Source: Candidatus Iainarchaeum sp.
GTDB taxonomy: Archaea; Iainarchaeota; Iainarchaeia; Iainarchaeales; CSSED10-239
Assembly: GCA_028700905.1 (NCBI GenBank)
Contig: JAQVRT010000044.1
Span: 1-5,661 of the forward strand
Length of the DNA: 5,661 nucleotides
Direction of reading: 5' to 3'
In this document: piece after piece, positions 1 to 5,661 of the stretch
How the letters are laid out: each line of letters starts with the position of its first letter
Position numbering within the stretch: the stretch's first letter is position 1
Position numbers and translations under genes: made by a program
The notes under the pieces: generated by a model
Told to the model about the DNA's origin: nothing
Databases searched by the model: none
Seen by the model: the letters and a program-made list of their open reading frames with translations, nothing else

Positions 1-3000
1 ACATCTTAAAAGGTCCAACCTTTTCTAAAGCTTTATTCATGTTTTCAGATTTTTTAACAGCTTCAGGATTAGAAGTATCTGGAGATACACTAATTTCAAA
101 TGCATCTTCTTCACAACCAGTTTCTGGATTAGTTTCTTTTATAGGATCAACATCCATTCCTTTAATTTCAGATTGATGCATTACATAGGTTTGTTCAACC
201 CACATTATATAACTATTCTTTTCTCCATTATAGATTAATTGTCCTCTTTCAAATTGAACTGAAATATTTTTACCAAGAGTGACTTCTTTGTCTTCAATAG
301 GATATAATTTTGTAGTTCTGTTTCCTAGAACATTTATTCTTGCAGATTCTCCAGAAGCAATTCTTCTTGGAGTTCCTTCTGCTATTATTTCTGCTGAACT
401 ATTCATTCCTTTTGGTATAATATCATATTGACTATCTGGGTTTAAATTATTTGTTGTGATAACTTGTTTTACAGAACCTAAATATTCTGTTAAAGTATTA
501 CCACTCATTTCAAGACCAGTTTGTTCATAGTAATTTCTTTTTAAACAACTTAAAAATTCAGCATCATCTATCTTTAGATTACCATAAACATCTATATTAA
601 ACAAAGGAGTGTTAGTATCAGGTACAGGGATATATGAAAGACTATGAGGAATTACTTTTGCAGGAATTCCTAAGTTAGTTGCCATTAGTCTTACCCAATC
701 TTTATTTTTTGAAGAAATTATTTCTTTAACATTTCCATCTTTATCAACAATTTCAACAACACCTTCTTCTTTATCAACAACTAAAGTTTCTCCTGTTTTA
801 GAATCAACTAAATGTTCAACACCTTTGTTATTGTAACCACTTGCTCTACACATTGAACTTTCTCCAATTTCAAGGAAGAAAAGTTTAGCATTCATTGATC
901 CAGAAGTATTACCTTGTGTTTCTATTCTTGATTGCATTATTGGATTATCTTTAATTTCAGTTTCAGCAAATTGTTTTACTTCTTGTGTTGTTTTTGAAAT
1001 TGATTCTTGAAGTTCTGTGTTCTTTGTAATATTTGTTAAACTTTTTTCAACAGAATCTGCTCCTTTTGAAATTGCATCTCCAACTTTATTTTTTGGATCT
1101 TTTTCAATTCTTTCATATTCTTCAGAAGCAACAAAGAAATGTGAATAATAACCTTCTTCATGATCTACACAATTATAAATTTCTGGAACAATTACAACTT
1201 GTGGTAAGATATCACCAAAGATTGCTCCTAAAACTACTCTGTGTTGAGGAATACTTAATGAATAATAAACAATATTTGAAAAACCCGCTGCAACAGCACC
1301 TGCTCTATATGATTTTCCTGTTATTTGATTTGTCCAACCTATTGGTATACCCATAACTTCTAAATTTTTAAGTTTATCAGAACAAGTTTCTTCTTCATTA
1401 ATTGATTGTAAAAGATTTACTGAATCTGTAGAATTAAAACCTGCAAGAGAACCATCATAATCTGTATGATGAGAAAATGCAATTAATGTTTGTCCTTCTT
1501 CTTCAAAGTTTTCTTCACTTGTGTTTTCTAAAATATAACTAGTTGTTTTTATTGCATTTCCAGTTGCATAATTAACTTCAATATTTTTCTTAAGACTTGG
1601 AGTATAGGTGTTATTTGCATCCATAGATTTACTTCTTGTAACTTCTTCAAGAAGAGAAGAATCTCCAACTTTTATATGACAAGAAGTTGTTGAACAATTA
1701 TTGTTCATTGCATCAGTTAATATTGCAATATTATCTGTAGAACTTCTTCTTATGTGTCCTTCAGTAAGTTCTGTTATCCAGTTTGAAAAACCTTGTGTTG
1801 TTTCCCACTCTGTGTTTTCTAAAGCACCTTTAGGAAGATTTACCATCCAAAATATAATTGAATTAAAATAATCCATAAAAAGATCTCCTTGATCAGAACC
1901 ATCATTTGCAAAGAAATCTATATAAGAATCATTGTATATATCTCCACTTTCACCATGTTTGAAAATAATAGAAGTATATGTTTCTGGTATTCTAAACATA
2001 CTATATCTATCAAAAGCTCCACCAAATATAGTAGAACCAGCTGTTTTAAATTGCCAGTATCCAAAATTATAAAGATAAGCTTTTGCAGAATCTGACATTA
2101 TGTTAAATCCTCTTTTATCCCATTGAGTTACAGTTTGTTGTTTCATTCTTTGATTTATATAACTTAATCCTCTTCCTGTACTCCATCCTTGGTCTTTTAA
2201 AACATTTACGACACCATCAGTTACTATTTCTGCATCTTTTATTTTTTTAATTCCAAGTTCTTGTAAATAACCATAAGATACTTCTAAAGGATTAATTCCA
2301 TATTTTGAAAGTTCTGCATCAGGAACTGCAGTATCTTTAATATCTCTCATATTTATTTGTTTACCAGGATCAACATCTCCAATATCGATTACAGATCCTC
2401 TCACCTTTTTTGGAGTTCCATCTTTTGCAACATATTCTATTAATACATCTGGTTTTTTGTTGTATATTATATCATTATAATTAAGCATAGTTGAAGAATC
2501 ACTTATTTTTTCTTTAAAAGGAATAATTACTTCAACCTCACTTGGACCATCTTTAAAATTAACAGTTATTTTTTTAGTTTGGAAAGGAGAAATTTTATTT
2601 TCAGAAATAATATCTCCAAATTTAGAAGATCCTGTAAGTTCTGTTGAAGTTACTTCATTTTTAAGTCTTACTTTATTTAATAAAACTTCTTCATCATTAA
2701 TTATTTTTCCTCTTTCTTTTAAAAGAGTGATATTATCAGCACCATCATCCCATTTAAATTTATTTTCTGTAAATGTTGAAAATGATTTATTAAGACTATT
2801 TAATCTTTTTGTTTCTTCAAGTAAAAGATCATATTCTTCTTTTGTTAAAGATTGATAAAAATCTTCCATAGTTTTAGATTTATTAAATAAATTTTCAAGA
2901 GGTTCTTTTAAAGTCTTTTTTAAATTATCAGTTGTAAAATCTTGAACCATTCTAACTGTTCTAATATTGTTTTGATATTCAAGAACAGATTCCATGAACA

Positions 3001-4330
3001 CTCTTTGTTGAGGTTTATTCATTTTTGCAAAAGCTCCATCTTTAAAGAACTCATTTTTAATTGTGTCTGCATTCTTTTTAGAATTTAAAGCATTTACATA
3101 TTTATCAAACTCTGGTTTCATGTTATATCTATTAATATTCTTGATTATATCGTCATTACTTTTTGCAAGTTTAGCAGCATAATCATCAATGTTTTTTGTA
3201 ATCTTTGAATATTTATAAGTTTGTACTGCAGAACTTACTGCACTCATATCTTTATTTAAAAAATTATCTAAAAAACCATTTTTACCTCTAACTCCACCAA
3301 TCTTATCAGATGCAATTAATTTTTGAGCTCCAAGTTTATTTGGTACATTTCTAAATATTTTTCCAGTAAATTTCCAAAGAACAGGAGATGCTGAAGTAAA
3401 TATCATATCAGCAGAATAATATTGATTAAAAACTTTGTCAAAAAGAGAATACATGTTAATATAACAATTATCAGAATTACATGTGCTTTCCATACTTGCA
3501 TTAAAAGAATCAGTAAACATACTGTTTTCAATAGCTTTATCTAAAACTAATTCCATTTTTTTAATTTCAATTTCAGTTAGATTAGTATCTTGAAATTGAC
3601 TTTTTCTAAACTCTGCAAGTTCTTCATAAGACATATCAGAAAATAAACCTAAATCAACATTTGTGTCATAATCTAACTCTGGGTCAACTAATTCATTTGA
3701 AACTTCTTCTAATTTTTTAAGACCTAACATATCTAAAAAATCTTTACTTACAGAAAAAGTTTGATCAACAAAACCATAACTTCCATTTTGTCTAAATAAT
3801 CCTTCTCCTTCAAGATAACAAGCTGCTTGGTCTCCACCAGCACATCTTCCAACTCTTAGGGTACTATCAAGATCAAGTCCACTTGAAAAAGGACCATAAC
3901 ATACTTGACCTAAAACTGTTGGAACTTCTAAAGGATCCATTATTTTGTTAGGGATTTCTGTTTTTCCTACAACATCTCCTGATTTTGTATCTTTATCTGT
4001 AATAATTACTTCATTTGCTTTTAATGTTTCTCTATTTTGGTTTGCAGGTTGATCACTTGTTATTAAATCAGCTTTAAAACCATTAACTAAAATCTCATTC
4101 CAAATATTTTCTACAGCTTCAGGAGAAAGCTCTTCTGTGTAACATTCTGAAATAACTTTATCTTGAGTATAGTTTATAGGTTCATCTGTATAATTAATTG
4201 GAATAGCATCATCAAAATAATAAGATGTATCTTCAGTTGAAAATACTCTGTTTGGATCTATTGTAGATGCAAAAACTCCATTTATCATTAATATTAAAAA
4301 AAATATTGCCCAAAGTCTTTTTGTTTTCAT
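1..4330 (-). CDS. Giant secreted or surface protein of unknown family. The N-terminal 1,443 codons are visible; the C-terminus lies beyond the left window edge.
   Basis: Manual reverse-complement translation of every 60-nt line from 4330 down to 2 found ATG at 4330-4328 and 1,443 consecutive sense codons with no TAA, TAG or TGA. The translation ends ...SPDTSNPEAVKKSENMNKALEKVGPFKM with one base left over at position 1. An in-frame TAA at 4355-4357 with no intervening ATG makes 4330 the first possible ATG. An N-terminal signal peptide follows immediately. The other frames of this AT-rich DNA are chopped by stops, and the longest antisense ORF in the track is only 107 aa, so an open frame of this length is not chance. 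The amino-acid composition looks protein-like throughout. Confidence 0.93.
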   Translation of the reverse strand, partial: MKTKRLWAIFFLILMINGVFASTIDPNRVFSTEDTSYYFDDAIPINYTDEPINYTQDKVISECYTEELSPEAVENIWNEILVNGFKADLITSDQPANQNRETLKANEVIITDKDTKSGDVVGKTEIPNKIMDPLEVPTVLGQVCYGPFSSGLDLDSTLRVGRCAGGDQAACYLEGEGLFRQNGSYGFVDQTFSVSKDFLDMLGLKKLEEVSNELVDPELDYDTNVDLGLFSDMSYEELAEFRKSQFQDTNLTEIEIKKMELVLDKAIENSMFTDSFNASMESTCNSDNCYINMYSLFDKVFNQYYSADMIFTSASPVLWKFTGKIFRNVPNKLGAQKLIASDKIGGVRGKNGFLDNFLNKDMSAVSSAVQTYKYSKITKNIDDYAAKLAKSNDDIIKNINRYNMKPEFDKYVNALNSKKNADTIKNEFFKDGAFAKMNKPQQRVFMESVLEYQNNIRTVRMVQDFTTDNLKKTLKEPLENLFNKSKTMEDFYQSLTKEEYDLLLEETKRLNSLNKSFSTFTENKFKWDDGADNITLLKERGKIINDEEVLLNKVRLKNEVTSTELTGSSKFGDIISENKISPFQTKKITVNFKDGPSEVEVIIPFKEKISDSSTMLNYNDIIYNKKPDVLIEYVAKDGTPKKVRGSVIDIGDVDPGKQINMRDIKDTAVPDAELSKYGINPLEVSYGYLQELGIKKIKDAEIVTDGVVNVLKDQGWSTGRGLSYINQRMKQQTVTQWDKRGFNIMSDSAKAYLYNFGYWQFKTAGSTIFGGAFDRYSMFRIPETYTSIIFKHGESGDIYNDSYIDFFANDGSDQGDLFMDYFNSIIFWMVNLPKGALENTEWETTQGFSNWITELTEGHIRRSSTDNIAILTDAMNNNCSTTSCHIKVGDSSLLEEVTRSKSMDANNTYTPSLKKNIEVNYATGNAIKTTSYILENTSEENFEEEGQTLIAFSHHTDYDGSLAGFNSTDSVNLLQSINEEETCSDKLKNLEVMGIPIGWTNQITGKSYRAGAVAAGFSNIVYYSLSIPQHRVVLGAIFGDILPQVVIVPEIYNCVDHEEGYYSHFFVASEEYERIEKDPKNKVGDAISKGADSVEKSLTNITKNTELQESISKTTQEVKQFAETEIKDNPIMQSRIETQGNTSGSMNAKLFFLEIGESSMCRASGYNNKGVEHLVDSKTGETLVVDKEEGVVEIVDKDGNVKEIISSKNKDWVRLMATNLGIPAKVIPHSLSYIPVPDTNTPLFNIDVYGNLKIDDAEFLSCLKRNYYEQTGLEMSGNTLTEYLGSVKQVITTNNLNPDSQYDIIPKGMNSSAEIIAEGTPRRIASGESARINVLGNRTTKLYPIEDKEVTLGKNISVQFERGQLIYNGEKNSYIMWVEQTYVMHQSEIKGMDVDPIKETNPETGCEEDAFEISVSPDTSNPEAVKKSENMNKALEKVGPFKM
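738..780 (-). repeat. In-frame 13-nt direct repeat with a 30-nt period inside the giant ORF
   Basis: The + strand sequence tctttatcaacaa occurs at 738-750 and again at 768-780. On the coding strand this gives V-V-D-K-E and I-V-D-K-D within ...LVVDKEEGVVEIVDKDGNVKEI... Confidence 0.6.
4268..4330 (-). other. Sec-type (signal peptidase I) signal peptide of the giant ORF, with predicted cleavage VFA|ST after residue 21
   Basis: The translated N-terminus is MKTKRLWAIFFLILMINGVFA-ST. It has a basic n-region (KTKR), an uncharged hydrophobic h-region of about 13 residues, and small residues at -3/-1 (V-F-A). There is no lipobox Cys and no twin-arginine motif. Confidence 0.75.
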
Positions 4331-4343
4331 AATTTTTCTTTCT

Positions 4344-4844
4344 TTATATATATATTAAATAAATTAATAATGCTATTAATTTTGGAAAGACTAATAATAT
4401 AAAAAATATAATTATATTTGTAATTATTAGACTTTTAAATAAATTAAGATTATGATAAGGTTTCTTTTTATTTGTTTCAAACTTATCATAAATTGCAAGA
4501 GTTATAAATGAAAAAGAAAGAATAACTCCTGAAATTATAATGTTAATTAAAATTAATCTTATTAAATGATAGAAAATAAAACCAACTGATTGCCAAAATG
4601 TTAAATCTTGATAAAAAGTTGAAATAATTGGTAAAAAATAAATTAATAATAAAATAATATATGAAATTATATAAACAATTATAAAAAGAGAACCAATAAC
4701 ACTAAATTTTTTTCTTAAATTAATAAATTTAGATTTGAATATTTTTACAATTATAAAGAAAGGAATTGAAAAAAGTATTGAAACACCAACTAACTTTAAA
4801 ATAAATAATAAATAATTTAAGATTGTTTGAAATATGTTTTCCAT
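4344..4844 (-). CDS. Small polytopic integral membrane protein, 166 aa, 4-5 predicted transmembrane segments, unknown family
   Basis: This ORF is in the supplied track: ATG at 4844-4842 and TAA at 4346-4344. It has long I/L/F/V-rich segments (about residues 18-35, 48-77, 87-119 and 138-166). These are separated by K/R-rich loops (KSKFINLRKKF and DKFETNKKKPYHNLNLFK), consistent with the positive-inside rule. 166 stop-free codons in DNA this AT-rich are very unlikely by chance. A GGGGAT Shine-Dalgarno-like element lies 6 nt upstream of the ATG. Confidence 0.8.
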   Translation of the reverse strand: MENIFQTILNYLLFILKLVGVSILFSIPFFIIVKIFKSKFINLRKKFSVIGSLFIIVYIISYIILLLIYFLPIISTFYQDLTFWQSVGFIFYHLIRLILINIIISGVILSFSFITLAIYDKFETNKKKPYHNLNLFKSLIITNIIIFFILLVFPKLIALLIYLIYI

Positions 4845-4850
4845 TAATTT

Positions 4851-4856
4851 ATCCCC
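4851..4856 (-). promoter_or_regulatory. Shine-Dalgarno-like GGGGAT upstream of the membrane-protein gene
   Basis: The minus strand reads TTTTTGGGGATAAATTAATG. It is the only G-run in the intergenic region, sits 6 nt before the ATG, and matches 5 of 6 positions of the GGTGAT part of the canonical AGGAGGTGATC anti-16S complement. Confidence 0.4.
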
Positions 4857-4876
4857 AAAAATATAATATATCTATA

Positions 4877-4889
4877 ATATATATTAATT
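4877..4889. repeat. Copy 1 of the 13-nt direct repeat ATATATATTAATT in the divergent promoter region
   Basis: It is identical to 4911-4923. It lies 33-45 nt upstream of the minus-strand ATG at 4844. Confidence 0.5.
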
Positions 4890-4910
4890 GAAAGATTTAA
4901 AAGGCTTATT

Positions 4911-4923
4911 ATATATATTAATT
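4911..4923. repeat. Copy 2 of the 13-nt direct repeat ATATATATTAATT in the divergent promoter region
   Basis: It is identical to 4877-4889. It lies 38-50 nt upstream of the plus-strand ATG at 4961 and abuts the TTTATATA element. Confidence 0.5.
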
Positions 4924-4933
4924 TATATAAAAA
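4922..4933 (+). promoter_or_regulatory. TATA-box-like element TTTATATAAAAA upstream of the 215-aa gene
   Basis: It matches the archaeal TATA consensus TTTAWATA and starts 39 nt upstream of the ATG at 4961, which would give a leader of about 10 nt. A bacterial reading also fits: TTGAAA at 4888-4893, an 18-nt spacer, then TATATA at 4912-4917. In DNA this AT-rich neither reading is decisive. Confidence 0.35.
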
Positions 4934-4960
4934 GTAAGAAAATTAAAGAGAAAATTAAAT

Positions 4961-5608
4961 ATGGAAATTGAAAAAGTACCTAGAAGAGAAAGAAGACATT
5001 TTAGAAAATATATAAATGGAGAAATTGTTTATTCTGATGTACCTTTTGGACATGAAGAAAAACATAATTATTCTTCTAAAACTTATCAAGATAACAGTGA
5101 AGAAGATGATATTAAAAGTCTTTTAGATGTGGGTCAAAAGAAAAAATTAATTGTACATAAAGATGAAAAGATTCAAAAAGTTTTAAGAAACATTTCAGAT
5201 ATTGTTTCTCCTGATATTGATAGTATTGCTGATGCTATTTATTCTCAAGTAAGTAAAGACGATAATTTAAATAGTTTTAAAAAAGAAGAAATTGAAAAAA
5301 CTATTAAAAGTAGTAAACATTATAGAGCCTCTAAAGATGATTCTGGAGAAATAGTTGAAACAGACAATATGAAATCTTTAGTTGAAGATGTCTTTAATCA
5401 ACTTGAATCTGAAGAAATAAGAAATGAAAATAAATCGAATGTAAAAAAAGAAACTTCTAAAAAGAAAGAAGAACCTTCTAAAAAAATTATAAAAGAAGAA
5501 AAGAAAAATAAAAAAGAAGAATCTGACATACAAGATTTATTGGACGATGATTCTGATTCTTTAGATCTTGAAGAAGATAATGAAGATGATTTAGGTTTAA
5601 AGTTTTAA
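4961..5608 (+). CDS. Highly charged, low-complexity hypothetical protein of 215 aa, with a basic N-terminus, a K/E-rich middle and an acidic C-terminal tail; no Cys and no TM segment
   Basis: This ORF is in the supplied track: ATG at 4961 and TAA at 5606-5608. It is open for 215 codons in AT-rich DNA. The N-terminus is MEIEKVPRRERRHFRKY. The C-terminus is ESDIQDLLDDDSDSLDLEEDNEDDLGLKF (nt 5519-5605). A TATA-like element lies 39 nt upstream of the ATG. I recognise no domain. Confidence 0.75.
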   Translation: MEIEKVPRRERRHFRKYINGEIVYSDVPFGHEEKHNYSSKTYQDNSEEDDIKSLLDVGQKKKLIVHKDEKIQKVLRNISDIVSPDIDSIADAIYSQVSKDDNLNSFKKEEIEKTIKSSKHYRASKDDSGEIVETDNMKSLVEDVFNQLESEEIRNENKSNVKKETSKKKEEPSKKIIKEEKKNKKEESDIQDLLDDDSDSLDLEEDNEDDLGLKF

Positions 5609-5661
5609 TCTTCTTCACTATATTCTTTACATTTTAAATTAGTTATATTTTCAATTTCATT
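5605..5661 (-). CDS. Possible 3' end (18 codons plus TAA) of a convergent gene entering from the right window edge
   Basis: The reverse complement of 5661-5605 reads aat gaa att gaa aat ata act aat tta aaa tgt aaa gaa tat agt gaa gaa gat taa, which is NEIENITNLKCKEYSEED*. The other two minus-strand frames hit stops within the first 6 codons. Only 18 codons are visible, and that length can stay open by chance in roughly 1 case in 5 at this base composition. Confidence 0.3.
   Translation of the reverse strand, partial: NEIENITNLKCKEYSEED

Larger units (their letters stand above)
4845..4960. promoter_or_regulatory. Divergent intergenic promoter region between the membrane-protein/giant-ORF unit (-) and the charged-protein gene (+)
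   Basis: This 116-nt non-coding gap lies between two divergently oriented start codons (4844 and 4961). It is almost pure A/T and carries several TATA-like tracts in both orientations. Its position makes it the only available place for the promoters of both units. Confidence 0.6.

Noticed and set aside
1033-1356. Track ORF of 107 aa on the + strand (MLNFFQQNLLLLKLHLQLYF...)
   Set aside because: It lies entirely antisense to the 1,443-codon minus-strand ORF. Its composition is the L/Q/F/K-rich low-complexity pattern typical of the shadow frame of an A-rich coding strand. It has no upstream promoter or RBS context. I treat it as a spurious antisense ORF.
1900-1960. Catalytic-looking motifs in the giant protein: GxSxG in KHGESGDIY (nt about 1934-1948), an Asp/Gly-rich FANDGSDQGDLF, and His-rich SHHTDYDG and VDHEEGYYSH
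   Set aside because: These are short motifs that occur by chance in a protein of more than 1,400 residues. There is no HExxH, and I cannot align any supporting catalytic-triad context by eye. They are not enough to call a hydrolase, Ca-binding or metal-binding domain.
1889-2095. Track ORF of 68 aa on the + strand (MIRTIICKEIYIRIIVYIST...)
   Set aside because: The reasoning is the same as for 1033-1356. It is short, lies antisense inside the giant ORF, and has an I/S/K/F-rich shadow-frame composition.
4296-4303. A8/T8 homopolymer inside the signal-peptide codons (ata ttt ttt tta) as a slipped-strand phase-variation switch for the surface protein
   Set aside because: Homopolymer runs of 7-8 A/T are common in this window, for example T7 at 2242-2248 and 2569-2575. 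They are expected at this base composition. Nothing singles this one out without population or read-level length variation.
1-4330. Abundant N-x-S/T sequons as evidence of an archaeal N-glycosylated S-layer-type protein
   Set aside because: I counted about 18 sequons in 1,443 residues. The protein is very rich in Asn, Ser and Thr, so chance predicts a similar number and there is no demonstrable enrichment.
4344-4844. Much lower G+C in the membrane-protein gene (5-13 G+C per 60 nt) than in the giant ORF (about 17 per 60 nt) as a sign of foreign or horizontally acquired DNA
   Set aside because: The drop is explained by amino-acid composition. I, L, F, K, N and Y dominate and are encoded by A/T-only or A/T-rich codons. 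The gene is also tightly coupled to its neighbour by a 13-nt gap.
1-5661. An alternative genetic code (UGA as Trp or Gly, or reassigned UAA/UAG) as the reason the big ORF is missing from the track
   Set aside because: Under the standard code the giant ORF has no in-frame TGA, TAA or TAG in 1,443 codons. All 13 Trp codons are TGG. The other two complete ORFs also close with TAA. No recoding is needed. The omission is explained by the ORF having no stop inside the window.
1-5661. Mobile elements, CRISPR arrays, tRNA or rRNA genes
   Set aside because: I found no terminal inverted repeats flanking an ORF and no transposase- or integrase-like translation. There are no regularly spaced direct repeats of 25-40 nt. 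No G+C-rich structured segments stand out from the AT-rich background.

Overview
This is a very AT-rich window with compact, prokaryote-like gene packing. Hand counts of G+C on sampled 60-nt lines gave 17/60 at 1-60, and 13/60, 5/60 and 10/60 at 4561-4740. The genetic code looks standard.

The dominant feature is missing from the supplied ORF track. Positions 1-4330, about three quarters of the window, are one uninterrupted minus-strand ORF. I translated it by hand codon by codon: ATG at 4330-4328, then 1,443 sense codons with no stop, still open at the left edge. The track probably omits it because it has no stop inside the window. It starts with a textbook Sec signal peptide (MKTKRLWAIFFLILMINGVFA|ST), is otherwise mostly hydrophilic, and has 13 Cys. 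I cannot place it in any family by eye.

Thirteen nt upstream on the same strand, a 166-aa polytopic membrane protein ends (4344-4844). The two genes therefore look like one transcription unit: a small membrane protein followed by a giant exported protein.

A 116-nt, almost pure A/T divergent intergenic region (4845-4960) separates this pair from a 215-aa K/E/D-rich low-complexity protein on the + strand (4961-5608). The stop codon of that protein overlaps the stop of a short convergent ORF fragment entering from the right edge.

The + strand track ORFs at 1033-1356 and 1889-2095 are antisense shadows of the giant ORF. I see no rRNA, tRNA, CRISPR array or transposase-like element. Archaeon versus bacterium versus virus cannot be settled from this sequence alone. 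All functional calls are from sequence inspection only; no homology search was possible.
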